Shown here one piece after another: positions 18,157 through 29,926 of a DNA stretch of 64,000 nucleotides. Every line of letters begins with the position of its first letter. The stretch's first letter is position 1. Origin of the DNA: an uncultured Acidobacteriota bacterium (GTDB taxonomy: Bacteria > Acidobacteriota > Vicinamibacteria > Fen-336); contig CAYTWT010000009.1 in the NCBI GenBank assembly GCA_964442185.1, forward strand, positions 186 to 64,185. The letters are read 5' to 3'. The position numbers were made by a program, and so were the translations under genes. The notes under the pieces were generated by a model. It was not told where the DNA came from, ran no database searches, and saw only the letters and a program-made list of their open reading frames with translations.

Positions 18157-19713
18157 ATGAGCCCCGAGATCCCGAAGAGGCTGGGCCGCTACGAGATCCA
18201 CGAGGAGATCGGGCGCGGGATGATGGGTGTCGTCTACCGCGCCACCGACCCGGAACTGCATCGGACGGTCGCGCTCAAGACCGTGCAGCTCGCCTGGGCG
18301 ATCACGGACGAAGACCGCGAGCTGTTCGAGCAGCGCTTCGTGACCGAGGCCCGCGTGGCCGCAGGTCTCTCGCATTCCGGCATCGTGGTCGTCCACGACG
18401 TCGGCCGGGATGTCGCGAGCGGAAGCGTCTACATAGCCCTCGAGTTCCTCGAAGGCAAGACGCTCGGCGAGTTGACGGCCGGCGGGACGCCGCTTCAGTG
18501 GCGCGAGGCGCTCCGGATCGGCGCGCGCGTGGCCGAGGCGCTGCAGTACGCTCACGAGAAGGGCATCGTGCACCGCGACGTGAAGCCGGCCAACGTGATG
18601 GTGCTGCCTTCGGGCGAGCCGAAGCTGATGGACTTCGGAATCGCCAAGGTGCCGGCCTCCCAGCTCACGGCTGCGGGCGAGTTCTTCGGGACCCCGTCCT
18701 ACATGTCGCCGGAGCAGGCAGCCGCCAAATGCGTCGATGGTCGCAGCGATCTGTTCTCGCTCGGCGCGATTCTTTATCTGCTGCTCACCGGCCGGCGTGC
18801 CTTTGACGCACCGGGCGTCGCTGCCATCCTCGCACGCGTCGCGAGCCAGGATCCCCCGCCACCCTCGCAGCTCGCTCCCGACCTGCCGCCGGACGTGGAC
18901 TACGCCCTGCGGCGCTCGCTCGCCAAGAAGCCAGCCGACCGCTATCCCGACTGCCGCAGCCTCGCCGAGGACCTGAACGACATTCTCGAGGGGCGTCCCG
19001 CCCGACACCGCGCCGCCTGGACCGAGCCGGCGCGGACCGAGGGCACGCTGGTTTCGGAAAAGTCGGAGCTGGAGGCCGAAACGGCCGACCTTCGGACGGC
19101 GCTGCGCCCCACGCTTCAGGGGGCCGCAGCGACGCTACGCTCGGACTCGAAAAGGAGACTCTGGGCGATCAGTCTCGGGGGGCTGGCGCTCGTGGTGATC
19201 GCCTATCTCGCCGGAAGGAGCGACCTGGGCGCGCCCGCGCCGGCGAACCGGCTCGGCCTGAGCCGACCCGCGAAACCGCAACCTTCGCCGACCGCAGCCC
19301 CGCCGACGGCGCCGCCCTCGACCGAGGAATCGGTGTTCAGCTCGTTGTGGCAGCAGCCCAGGATCACTCTTCTGCCTGCGCCCGCGCGCCTCCAGTTCGA
19401 GCTGGAACACGGGCTGAAGAGCGGCACGCTCAAGGTCTTCGTCGACGACAGCGTGGCCCTCGAGCGGAACCTGGGCGCGCCGATTCGGAAGAAGATCCTG
19501 TTCTACAAGCTCCGCAAGCAGGTGTTCCGCGAGGCGCTCGACGTCAAGCCCGGAGAGCATCTGGTGCGCGTCCAGGTCACCGAGGGCGAGGATCTCTGGA
19601 GCGAGCGGATCTTCGGGCTCTTCGAGGGCGGTAAGAGCCGCCGGCTGGTCGCGAACTTCGGCGGCATCATCGGCAAGGAACTCGAGCTGGCCTGGGGCGC
19701 CTCGGCGCCGTGA
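18157..19713 (+). CDS. Hanks-type Ser/Thr protein kinase with TM segment and C-terminal extracytoplasmic domain
   Basis: GRGMMGVVYRA, VALK, HRDVKPANVM, DFGIAK, SPEQ kinase subdomains. Hydrophobic segment LWAISLGGLALVVIAYLAG. Confidence 0.8.
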   Translation: MSPEIPKRLGRYEIHEEIGRGMMGVVYRATDPELHRTVALKTVQLAWAITDEDRELFEQRFVTEARVAAGLSHSGIVVVHDVGRDVASGSVYIALEFLEGKTLGELTAGGTPLQWREALRIGARVAEALQYAHEKGIVHRDVKPANVMVLPSGEPKLMDFGIAKVPASQLTAAGEFFGTPSYMSPEQAAAKCVDGRSDLFSLGAILYLLLTGRRAFDAPGVAAILARVASQDPPPPSQLAPDLPPDVDYALRRSLAKKPADRYPDCRSLAEDLNDILEGRPARHRAAWTEPARTEGTLVSEKSELEAETADLRTALRPTLQGAAATLRSDSKRRLWAISLGGLALVVIAYLAGRSDLGAPAPANRLGLSRPAKPQPSPTAAPPTAPPSTEESVFSSLWQQPRITLLPAPARLQFELEHGLKSGTLKVFVDDSVALERNLGAPIRKKILFYKLRKQVFREALDVKPGEHLVRVQVTEGEDLWSERIFGLFEGGKSRRLVANFGGIIGKELELAWGASAP

Positions 19714-20447
19714 GCATCGTCTCGCTGCGTGCGCTTCACAAGCGCTACGGCGACTGCGTGATCCTCGACGGCTTCGACCTCGAGGTCGGGGCGGGACAGG
19801 TCGTGGCTCTGCTCGGCTTGAGCGGTGCGGGCAAGACGACAGCCCTCAAGACCATCAACCGTCTGGTCGAGCCCGACTCCGGCGGCGTGCAAGTGCTCGG
19901 CCGCGAAGCCCGAGACTGGGAGCCGGTGGCACTGCGCCGCCGCGTCGGCTGGGTGGTCCAGGAGGCCGGGCTGCTTCCGCACATGAGCGCGCTCGACAAC
20001 GCCGGCCTGGTCCTGCGCCTGCTCGGCTGGCCATCCGCACGGCGCCACGCGCGGGCTCGGGAGCTGCTCACGCTGGTCGGCCTCAGCCCCGATCGCCACG
20101 GGGCGCTGCTGCCGCGTCAGCTTTCCGGTGGAGAGCGCCAGCGAGTCGGCCTGGCTCGAGCCCTGGCGTGCGAGCCTCCGCTGTTGTTGATGGACGAGCC
20201 CTTCGGCGCCCTCGACCCGCTGACGCGCCGCCGGCTGCAGGACGAGTTTCGAGCCCTACAGCGGCGCCTGGGAACGAGCGTCGTTCTCGTCACCCACGAC
20301 CTGCCGGAAGCGCTGAGGCTCGGCGACCAGGTCGTTGTCATGGACCGGGGGCGGGTGGCCCAACTCGGGACGCCTGATGAAATTCGCAGCGCGCCGAGCC
20401 CGGGCTTCGTGGCGGAGCTGGTCGCGGCAGCCCTGGGGAACGGATGA
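19710..20447 (+). CDS. osmoprotectant (glycine betaine/choline-type) ABC transporter ATP-binding protein
   Basis: Walker A GLSGAGKTT, signature LSGGERQRVGLARAL, Walker B LLLMDEP. GTGA overlap with the kinase stop. Confidence 0.75.
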   Translation: MSIVSLRALHKRYGDCVILDGFDLEVGAGQVVALLGLSGAGKTTALKTINRLVEPDSGGVQVLGREARDWEPVALRRRVGWVVQEAGLLPHMSALDNAGLVLRLLGWPSARRHARARELLTLVGLSPDRHGALLPRQLSGGERQRVGLARALACEPPLLLMDEPFGALDPLTRRRLQDEFRALQRRLGTSVVLVTHDLPEALRLGDQVVVMDRGRVAQLGTPDEIRSAPSPGFVAELVAAALGNG

Positions 20448-21949
20448 TGGGCCTCGCAGCCTTCCTGGCGGCGCGGCAGGCGGAACTACTCGCGCTGCTG
20501 GGTCAGCACGTCGCGCTCGTGCTGACCGCGACCGGAATCGCCGCACTGATCGGCCTGCCCCTGGGCGTCGCCCTCACCCGACACGAGCGTCTGGCCCGCT
20601 TCGCTCTCGGCGCCACGAGCCTGCTTCAGACCATTCCCAGCCTCGCGCTCTTTGGTTTCCTCATCCCCTTGCCCGTAGTCGGGGGGATCGGGCCACGCAG
20701 TGCTGTGGTGGCGCTCGTGCTTTACGCCTTGTTGCCGATCGTGCGGAACACTTACACCGGCATCCGGCAAGTGGATCCTGTGCTGGTGGAGGCCGTCACG
20801 GGCCTCGGCATGACCCCATGGCAGCGGCTGGCGCTGCTCGAGGTCCCCCTGGCGTTGCCCGTGATATTGGCGGGGCTGCGCCTCGCGGTGGTCGTTTCCG
20901 TGGGCACGGCGACGATCGCAGCCGCGATCGGCGGCGGCGGGCTGGGCACGTACGTCTTCCGCGGCATCGCGACCGTCGACACGCGCCTGGTTCTGGCGGG
21001 GGCGATTCCGACGGCGCTCTTGGCCCTGTTCGCGGATGCCGTGCTCGGCGCGGTGGAACGCTCACGGCGCCCAGGGCGCGCCATGCTCGTCCTCGCTGCC
21101 GCCATGTTGTTGACCCTGGCGCTGCTCCAGCAGTTGGGGCGCAGCGCCCCAGGAACCGTCGTCATCGGCTCGAAGAACTTCACGGAACAGGTGCTGCTCG
21201 GCGAGATCCTGGCCGCACGCCTCGAGGAGCGTGGCTTCCCGGTCGACCGACGCTTGAACCTGGGTGGCACGACGCTGTGTCACGAGGCGGTCCGTGCCGG
21301 CGCGATCGACGCCTATGTCGAGTATTCGGGCACGGCTCTCACGGATGTGCTCAAGGAACCGGCGACCGCGGACCCGAGCACAGCGCTCAGAATCGTCCGC
21401 GACCGCTACCTGGGCCTCGGCCTGCTCGTCGGCGCGCCCCTTGGCTTCAACAACACGTTCGCCCTCGTGGTTCGCCCAGAGGACGCCGCGGCGGGCCTGC
21501 GTCGCATCTCCGATCTTGCCAGCCGGGCGGCTTTCCTGCGGGTGGCTCTCTTCGGCGAGTTCCTGGAGCGCGCGGATGGCTTGCCTGGGCTCCAGCGGGC
21601 CTATGGCTTCACGCTCGGGGTACGCCCTGTCGAGATGGACCTGGGCCTGCTCTACACGGCACTCGAGAAGCGCCAGGTGGATCTGGTCGTGGGTAGCGGC
21701 ACGGACGGCCAGATCGCGGCCCGTGGCTTCGTCGTGCTCGAAGACGACCGGGCCTACTTTCCTCCCTACGACGCGCTCTGCGTCATGAACGCCCGGAGCG
21801 TCGCGCGCCACGCCGGCCTGGACGCGGCCTTGGCGTCACTCGCGGGGCGCATCGACGCGGCGACGATGCGGCGACTCAATTACGCGGTCGATGGAGAGCA
21901 CCGGGCGGCTGCCGAGGTGGCCCGGGAGTTTGTGCGCGGCCTCCGGTAG
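20444..21949 (+). CDS. fused ABC permease/substrate-binding protein (OpuCB-OpuCC / OpuBB-like)
   Basis: N-terminal BPD-transporter permease helices, then a glycine-betaine-type binding domain (VVIGSKNFTEQVLLGEILAARLEERGFPV...). ATGA overlap with the ATPase gene. Confidence 0.75.
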   Translation: MMGLAAFLAARQAELLALLGQHVALVLTATGIAALIGLPLGVALTRHERLARFALGATSLLQTIPSLALFGFLIPLPVVGGIGPRSAVVALVLYALLPIVRNTYTGIRQVDPVLVEAVTGLGMTPWQRLALLEVPLALPVILAGLRLAVVVSVGTATIAAAIGGGGLGTYVFRGIATVDTRLVLAGAIPTALLALFADAVLGAVERSRRPGRAMLVLAAAMLLTLALLQQLGRSAPGTVVIGSKNFTEQVLLGEILAARLEERGFPVDRRLNLGGTTLCHEAVRAGAIDAYVEYSGTALTDVLKEPATADPSTALRIVRDRYLGLGLLVGAPLGFNNTFALVVRPEDAAAGLRRISDLASRAAFLRVALFGEFLERADGLPGLQRAYGFTLGVRPVEMDLGLLYTALEKRQVDLVVGSGTDGQIAARGFVVLEDDRAYFPPYDALCVMNARSVARHAGLDAALASLAGRIDAATMRRLNYAVDGEHRAAAEVAREFVRGLR

Positions 21950-21951
21950 CC

Positions 21952-23379
21952 TCAGCCCTTCCGCCGTCTGGTCTCGACGCGCGACAGCTCGTCGTAGAGG
22001 TACACGGCCGACTTCATGCACTTCATCCAATCGCCGAGGTGGAGGCTCTCGTTCTCCGAATGCGCGTTGCACTTCGGGTCTTCGACGCCCATCAGCAGGC
22101 ACGGCGCCCCGCCGAGCAGCGTGGCGAAGGGCCCCACGAAGCCGATCGACCCCCCCGCGCCGATCATCGCTGTCTCCTTGCCAAAGCCCGCCTTGAGTGC
22201 GCGGCGGGCCGCTTCGAAGGCCGGACCCTCGGGATCGGTCGTCCACCACGGTGTCACGGCTTTGCGACTCGTCGTCACGGTCACCTTGGCGCCATTCGGC
22301 ACCTTGCTGGTCAGCCTCTTCTTGAGCAGGGCCGACGCCTTGTTGCCGTCGATGTTCGGCACCGTGCGTAGCGACAGCCGAGCGCGCGCCGCGTCGATGA
22401 TCTGGTTCGACGAGCCCTGGAACGGCCGCGCTTCGAGGGCGATGATCGTGAGCGACGGCCGCGTCCAGAGCTTCTCGTAGACCGAGTAGCCCTGCTCGCC
22501 CGCGAGCGTCATGCCTTTCATCATCGAGGCTTCCTTCTTGAACTTCGCCTCTCCAAAAGGCAGCGCGCGGATCCGGCCCAGCTGCTTCCTCGACGGCTTC
22601 GCGACCATCTTGTAGAGGCCCGGGATGTCGAGTGAACCGTCGTCCTTCGTGAGACCCGCGATCATCTTGCACAGGATCTGGACCGGGTCGGGGACAGGGC
22701 CGCCCCACATCCCACTGTGGATCGGATGCTCCAGGCACTGGACCTCGAGATCCACCTGGCAGATGCCACGAAGCTGGTAGGTCAGCGCTGGAATGCCAGT
22801 GTCGAAGTTGGCCGTGTCCGACAGCACGATGAAGTCGGCCGCCAGCATGCCCCGGTACTTCTGCAGGAAGGCGTCGAGGTTCCCGGAGCCGATCTCCTCC
22901 TCGCCCTCGATGACGAACTTCACGTTGCAGGGCAAGGTGCCCGAGGACTTGAGATAGGACGCGACCGCGGCGACATGGGCCATCACGCCGGCCTTGTCAT
23001 CGGCGGTGCCGCGGCCGTAGAGCCGGCCGCCGCGTTCAGTGGGCTCGAAGGGTGGCGTGATCCATTTCTCGGGCCGCCCGGGCGGCTGCACGTCGTGGTG
23101 GCCGTAGAGCAGGATTGTCGGGGCGCCCGGCCTGTGCAGCCAGTCGCCGTAGACGTAGGGGTGCACGCCCGGGATCGAGAGCACCTGGACGTTCTCGACG
23201 CCCGCCTGCCGGAGCGCCTCTGCGGTGGCCTCGGCCGAGCGCTGCAACTCCTCGGGAGGATAGCCGTCCGCAGACACGCCGGGAATGCGCGAGAGCTCGG
23301 TAAGAGTGGCCTTGAAACGCCCGTAGTTCGCACTCAAATAGTCGAGAGCGGCCTTCACGTTCCCGTTTGCCTGGCTCAT
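21952..23379 (-). CDS. M20-family dipeptidase/metallopeptidase
   Basis: LLYGHHDVQPP..., GRGTADDKAG, EGEEEIGS are M20 metal-binding motifs. Confidence 0.75.
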   Translation of the reverse strand: MSQANGNVKAALDYLSANYGRFKATLTELSRIPGVSADGYPPEELQRSAEATAEALRQAGVENVQVLSIPGVHPYVYGDWLHRPGAPTILLYGHHDVQPPGRPEKWITPPFEPTERGGRLYGRGTADDKAGVMAHVAAVASYLKSSGTLPCNVKFVIEGEEEIGSGNLDAFLQKYRGMLAADFIVLSDTANFDTGIPALTYQLRGICQVDLEVQCLEHPIHSGMWGGPVPDPVQILCKMIAGLTKDDGSLDIPGLYKMVAKPSRKQLGRIRALPFGEAKFKKEASMMKGMTLAGEQGYSVYEKLWTRPSLTIIALEARPFQGSSNQIIDAARARLSLRTVPNIDGNKASALLKKRLTSKVPNGAKVTVTTSRKAVTPWWTTDPEGPAFEAARRALKAGFGKETAMIGAGGSIGFVGPFATLLGGAPCLLMGVEDPKCNAHSENESLHLGDWMKCMKSAVYLYDELSRVETRRRKG

Positions 23380-23774
23380 GTCTCCTCCTGGTTGGCCGGT
23401 CCCACCGCGAGACTTCGGGCCAGGCAGTCTAGAACAGGTCGGCCACCCGAGGGAATCGAGGCGAGGGTGCCTTGGCCGAGGCGCTCGCGCACGACGGGTA
23501 CGAAGTCCACCTCCACACCTCGGGCTTTCGAATCGGCGCGGTCGGCGCCAGCCACGTGAAGCCCGTGAGCTACCTGTACGCGCCGTGGGCGCCGTGGATG
23601 TGGCTCTACACGAAGGTCGCCTTCCGCAAGGAGAAGAACGCGGGACGGCGCGCGCGCAACCTTCAGAGTCGCCGCGAGCTGTTTTCGAGCGCGCTGCTCT
23701 TCGGCGAGAACCTGCTGCTGGTGGCTTCCGCGATCGAGGCCCGTCCGCTATAGTGGAAGGCCCGAGGAGGACGC

Positions 23775-25202
23775 ATGGCCGAAGTGCCTAGAATGTTGAT
23801 CGACGGCGAGTGGACGGGAGCCGCGCAGAACCTCGACGTCATCGACAAGTACACCGGCGAAGTCATCGGCAGCGTTCCGGTCGCGACCCTCGAGGACGTG
23901 GCGCGAGCCACCAAGGCCGCCAAGGCGGCATTCGCGACGTGGGGCGAGACGCCGGCCTGGAAGCGCTCCCAGATCCTTAGCAAGACGGCCGAAGGCCTGC
24001 ACGCACGCCAGGACGAGATCGCCGAGACCATCGCCCGCGAAGCGGGCAAGGCCTGGAAGTATGCCGTAGCCGAAGTGCAACGCTCGGTCGAGACGTTCTC
24101 GTTCGCCGCCGAGGAGGCGAAGCAGATCCACGGCGAGACGATTCCGATGGACGCCTCTGCTTTCGGCGAGAAGCGCATTGGCTTCTACCTGCGCACCCCG
24201 ATGGGTGTGGTGGGCGCGATCACGCCCTTCAACTTTCCGTTGAACCTGGTCGCCCACAAAGTGGCGCCGGCGCTTGCGGCGGGCAACACGATGGTCCTGA
24301 AACCCGCCCACGAAACGGCGCTCACGGCGGTCAAGCTCGGCGAGGTGCTCGAGGCGGCCGGGCTGCCGAAGGGCGTGCTCAACATCGTCCACGGCGAAGG
24401 CCGCATCGTCGGCGAGGCGCTGGTCCGCGACCCGATCCCGGCCAAGTTGTCGTTCACCGGCAGCCCGCCGGTCGGCGCGCACATCATGGCCGTCGCCGGC
24501 TTGAAGCGCGTGACGCTGGAGCTGGGCAACAACTCCGGCACGATCATCGAGCCGGACGCCGAGCTCGACAAGGCCGTGCCGCGCTGCGTCACCTCGTCGT
24601 TCGCGAACTCCGGCCAGATCTGCATCAGCCTGCAGCGCATCTACGTGCACGAGCAGGTCGCAGAACAGTTCATTGCGCGCTTCGTGAAGGCAACGGCGGC
24701 GCTCAAGGTGGGCAACCCGCTCGACAAGGACTGCGACGTGGGGCCGATGATCACCGAGCTGGCGGCCGAGCGTGCCGAGCAGTGGATCAAGGACGCCGTC
24801 GCTGAGGGCGCACGCGCGCTGATCGGCGGACGCCGCGAGGGCCGGATGTTGTGGCCGACCGTCCTGGTGGACACGCGCCCCGAGATGAAGGTGATGTGCG
24901 AGGAAGCCTTCGCGCCGCTCGTTTCGATCGTGACGTACCGCGACTTCGACGAGGCGCTGCGGCTGCTCAACGACTCGCCCTATGGCTTGCAGGCGGGGAT
25001 CTACACCCAGGACATCCGCAAGGCGTTTGCGGCCGTACTGAAGGTCGACGTGGGCGGCATGATGGTGAACGACACCTCGATCTTCCGCGTCGACCACATG
25101 CCCTACGGCGGCAACAAGCTGAGCGGGATCGGCCGCGAAGGCGTCAAGTTTGCGATCGAGGAAATGACGAACCTCCGGATGGTCTGCTTCAACCTCGGAT
25201 AG
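23775..25202 (+). CDS. NAD(P)-dependent aldehyde dehydrogenase
   Basis: FNFPLNL, VLKPA, ELGNNSG and catalytic Cys region (SGQICIS). RBS AGGAGGA upstream. Confidence 0.8.
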   Translation: MAEVPRMLIDGEWTGAAQNLDVIDKYTGEVIGSVPVATLEDVARATKAAKAAFATWGETPAWKRSQILSKTAEGLHARQDEIAETIAREAGKAWKYAVAEVQRSVETFSFAAEEAKQIHGETIPMDASAFGEKRIGFYLRTPMGVVGAITPFNFPLNLVAHKVAPALAAGNTMVLKPAHETALTAVKLGEVLEAAGLPKGVLNIVHGEGRIVGEALVRDPIPAKLSFTGSPPVGAHIMAVAGLKRVTLELGNNSGTIIEPDAELDKAVPRCVTSSFANSGQICISLQRIYVHEQVAEQFIARFVKATAALKVGNPLDKDCDVGPMITELAAERAEQWIKDAVAEGARALIGGRREGRMLWPTVLVDTRPEMKVMCEEAFAPLVSIVTYRDFDEALRLLNDSPYGLQAGIYTQDIRKAFAAVLKVDVGGMMVNDTSIFRVDHMPYGGNKLSGIGREGVKFAIEEMTNLRMVCFNLG

Positions 25203-25330
25203 ACGCTCGCGTTGTCCTCGCCGCGTCGTGGCCGTGCGCTGTTCCGCCAGACGACGACACCGTTCCCAGGTACGACGCCGGACACGCGAGCAGGTCGAGC
25301 GCTGCGGGCCCTCCCCGCCGCTCAAACGCG

Positions 25331-25355
25331 GACGCTTCGCGTGAAAAACGCGTCC
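25331..25355. terminator. hairpin between convergent genes (aldehyde dehydrogenase / DUF853), possible bidirectional terminator
   Basis: GACGC-ttcgcgtgaaaaac-GCGTC with nested CGCGT-gaaaa-ACGCG; no strong U-tract. Confidence 0.3.
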
Positions 25356-25379
25356 CCAACTCGTCGATGCGCTGTTTGC

Positions 25380-27569
25380 CTAGTGAACCCAGAGCACGTC
25401 GTAGCGCAGGATCGTGACATCCGCTCGGGCGGGCAGCAGTTCCTTCGCCTCGAAACGCACGGGATCGAAAGACGAGACGGCCTGGAGTTGCGCTTCGAGA
25501 TCCGCGATCTCGGTCTTCAGCCCGTCGACGCGCGCCTCCGCGTTGTTCTCCATGCGGTTCTTCGTGAGCACCGTGGAGGCTCCGGAGACGGTGCGCTTGC
25601 GCCCCGTGAAGAGGCCGATATTGGAGAGGATCGCGGAACCGATCGCGAGCCACTTCTCGCTCTTGCGGCCCGTCAGGTTCTGTTCTTCGGTCGCGAGGTC
25701 TCGGCGCTTCTTGTCGAGCCGTTCGCTGAGCCGCTGCGCGGTGACGCCGCCACCCTCGGCGGAAAGGCGCTCGGCGAAGGCGTCGGGGCGCTCGCCCGGC
25801 CTCGACGCCTGTTTCGAGATCGGATCGAAGAAGAGGGTCACGGCAAGCTTGCCGGGCAGGCGCTCCCTCAGCGTCTTTTCCACGCCTTTCGACCCAGCTG
25901 TCGCGAACCAGTCGGGCAGCTCGGCGTATTGAAGCCCGGCCGGGGCCTTCGTGGTGATCTTGGCCTCTTCGATCGTGAGCGGCTCGGCGTCCAGTACCTC
26001 GGCCGGAGAGCCTTCGGCCAGCGGCCAGGCGCGCGTCGCGACGACTTCGCCCGTGTCCTTGTAGCGAACCGCGTGCTTCACGAGCAGATGTGGCGTGGCG
26101 CGATCGCCGCCGTACTTCGCGAAATAGCTGTGGCGGAGGGGCGCTGGGAGAACCGGAGCGGTGCTCGCCGCCGCGGCGCTCGCCGGAACGGCCGCTTCCG
26201 GCGCGGCCTTGCCCTTCATCAGCCGGGCGATTTCCTCGCGTGTCAGGGGCCCCCGCAGATACGACATCGCCCAGCGCGATTCGAGCAGGCACGGCGCCGA
26301 CCGGTGCACGTCGTGGAGCAGGAACACGCGCTTCCTCGTCCCGTCCAGCAGCCTGTCGATGGCAGCAGGCTCGAGGCCCGAACCCTGCAGGCCTTCGCGC
26401 AGCCGCGTACGATCCTGGGCGGTCTGCAGCGTGCCCACGAGCCAGGTGCCCATGTTGGCGAGGCCCTTGTAGTCGAGATCCACCGGGTTCTGCGTGGCCA
26501 GCACGACGCCGACGCCCTGGGCTCTCCCCTGTTTCAGAAGCGTGAGCAGCGGTCGCTTGGTCGGCGGGTTGGCCGGGTGCGGCGGAAAATAGCCGAAGAT
26601 CTCGTCCATGTAGACGACCGCTCGCAGCTCGCTCGTGCCGCCCTGCCGGCGCATCCAGGTCTTCACCTTGTCCAGCACGAGCGCCGTGACGAAGAGCCGC
26701 TCGGCGTCGGAGAGATGGGCCGTATACAGGACCGAGAGACGCGGCTTGCCGTCCGGGGTTCGCAGCATCCGCTCGATGTCGAGCGGCTCGCCGCGGCGCC
26801 AGACCTCGAAGGACGGCGACGCGAGCAGGTTGTTGAGTGCCAGCATCAGGCCCTGGCGCTCCTTGTGCGGGTAGACGCTCTCGAGCGGCAGGGCGCCGAG
26901 TCGCTCGAAGGGCGGATCCGCGATCCCGCTGATCAGCGACTCGAGTGCTAGACCCTTGCCCGAGCGCCAGGTGGTTTCGATCAGGGTCGAGAGCAGGATG
27001 AACTCGCGCGAGTGCAGCGGATCGGCCTCGATGCCGATCAGCCCCAGCAATCCAGTCACGATCCCGACGATCTCGTCGCGCAGCTCCTCGGCCGCCTCCT
27101 CGAAGGAGGCGCCCGGGGCCTCGAGCGACTGGAGCACGTTGAGCGGGACGCCCGACGTCGAGCCGGGCGTGTAGATCACGGCATCGCGAGCGGCCTTGAG
27201 TGCTTCGATGTCGGCGCCGCCGAGACCCCAACCCTGAAGGCCCTTCTTCCAGTTCCCGGCAACGTCGGCGGCCGTCCTGCCTTCGCGTTTCTCAGCCTCG
27301 GCGTCGATCCAGGGCGCGAAGGACTCGGCGTCCAGCTTCTCGAAGAGCAGCAGCAGGTTGCCGAGGTCGCCCTTGGGATCGACGGCCAGCACGGGGATAC
27401 CCTTGCGCAGGAGCTCCTCGATGAGGTCCACCGCGAGGCCTGTCTTGCCGGAGCCCGTCATGCCCACGATGAAAGCGTGAGTCAGCAGGTCCCGCGACTC
27501 GAGCTCCAGGCGCTCCCCGGGCTTGCCGGAAGGATCCACACCGCGTCCCAGATAGAGGCCGCTTGCCAT
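25380..27569 (-). CDS. DUF853/HerA-like P-loop NTPase (YjgR family) with extended C-terminal region
   Basis: HAFIVGMTGSGKTGLAVDLIEELL and LAVDPKGD match the DUF853/HerA Walker A core. 729 aa. Starts 8 nt after the gltA stop. Confidence 0.55.
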   Translation of the reverse strand: MASGLYLGRGVDPSGKPGERLELESRDLLTHAFIVGMTGSGKTGLAVDLIEELLRKGIPVLAVDPKGDLGNLLLLFEKLDAESFAPWIDAEAEKREGRTAADVAGNWKKGLQGWGLGGADIEALKAARDAVIYTPGSTSGVPLNVLQSLEAPGASFEEAAEELRDEIVGIVTGLLGLIGIEADPLHSREFILLSTLIETTWRSGKGLALESLISGIADPPFERLGALPLESVYPHKERQGLMLALNNLLASPSFEVWRRGEPLDIERMLRTPDGKPRLSVLYTAHLSDAERLFVTALVLDKVKTWMRRQGGTSELRAVVYMDEIFGYFPPHPANPPTKRPLLTLLKQGRAQGVGVVLATQNPVDLDYKGLANMGTWLVGTLQTAQDRTRLREGLQGSGLEPAAIDRLLDGTRKRVFLLHDVHRSAPCLLESRWAMSYLRGPLTREEIARLMKGKAAPEAAVPASAAAASTAPVLPAPLRHSYFAKYGGDRATPHLLVKHAVRYKDTGEVVATRAWPLAEGSPAEVLDAEPLTIEEAKITTKAPAGLQYAELPDWFATAGSKGVEKTLRERLPGKLAVTLFFDPISKQASRPGERPDAFAERLSAEGGGVTAQRLSERLDKKRRDLATEEQNLTGRKSEKWLAIGSAILSNIGLFTGRKRTVSGASTVLTKNRMENNAEARVDGLKTEIADLEAQLQAVSSFDPVRFEAKELLPARADVTILRYDVLWVH

Positions 27570-27576
27570 TGCCGGG

Positions 27577-28872
<1,296 letters not shown>

Positions 28873-29167
28873 CGACGCCTCGGGCCTCCAAGAGTCCCTC
28901 GAGGGACACTAGCACCAGGCTCGACGACGGGTCAAGAAGCGGTGGCCCTCCCCGGCCCGAACAAGATCGCGCTCGTCAGCGCCGCATCAGGTCGAGCACG
29001 ACGCGGCGTTCGCGGGGGCTCGGCGACGGGGATCCCGTCGAGCGACGGTGACGGAGGCGCAGGGTGAGAGGCTGGCCGACCCAACCACCTCTCCAACACC
29101 CGTCCGAGAACCTTGGGTGCGGATACTACGTGGCTCCCGGCGCGCCTTTCAAGTGGGACCCGGCTTG

Positions 29168-29926
29168 TCACGATCGGCTCGGGATCGGCATGGAAGGCGT
29201 GGCGACGGGGGCTGGACGCAGGCCGCGGTAGAGGCCGATCATCTCCGCGGGCCGGCCTGCCCCGACGACCTTGCCCTGGTCCATGACGATGAGGCGATCA
29301 CAGAGCGCTTCGAGCAGCACGGGCTCGTGGCTGACGAACAGGGCCGTGTCGCCGCGCTCACGCCTTCGCCGCAGCTCCGCAAGGCAGCGCTCACGAAAGG
29401 TTTCGTCGCCGACTGCCAGCGCCTCGTCGATCAGCAGGATGGGCGCCTCAGCGCGCAGGGCCACGGTGAACGCGAGGCGCATCTTCATGCCCGTGGAGAG
29501 GTTCTCGAGCCGAACGTCCGTGAAGCGCTCGAGGCCGGCAGCCGCGACGATCTCGTCAGCCTCCGTCACGAGCCTCCGGCGCGGGATGCCGAGCACGACC
29601 CCGTACAACAGCACGTTGTCCAGAACGCTCAGTGCCCCGTGAAAGCCAACCCCCAGCTCCAGGATCGGCGCCACCCGTCCACTGACGACCACCGACCCGG
29701 CGCTGGGCGGGTAGATGCCCGCCACGATCCGAATCAGCGTGGACTTGCCCGAGCCGTTCTTGCCGAGCACCCCGACGAACTCGCCGTCCGCGACGCGCAG
29801 CGAGACGTCGCTGAGGGCGTGGAGTGTCTCGTAAGTGAAACGGCCCTGCACCAGCCAGCGGCCGAAGCTGCGTCGCCTCTGGTGCGGGACACGGAAGATC
29901 TTCGAGAGCCCCGTGACCTCGATCAC
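29168..29926 (-). CDS. polysaccharide/glycolipid export ABC transporter ATP-binding protein (Wzt/TagH/KpsT-like)
   Basis: GKNGSGKSTL, LSTGMKMRLAFTVAL, LLIDEALAVGD. Confidence 0.75.
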   Translation of the reverse strand: MIEVTGLSKIFRVPHQRRRSFGRWLVQGRFTYETLHALSDVSLRVADGEFVGVLGKNGSGKSTLIRIVAGIYPPSAGSVVVSGRVAPILELGVGFHGALSVLDNVLLYGVVLGIPRRRLVTEADEIVAAAGLERFTDVRLENLSTGMKMRLAFTVALRAEAPILLIDEALAVGDETFRERCLAELRRRRERGDTALFVSHEPVLLEALCDRLIVMDQGKVVGAGRPAEMIGLYRGLRPAPVATPSMPIPSRS

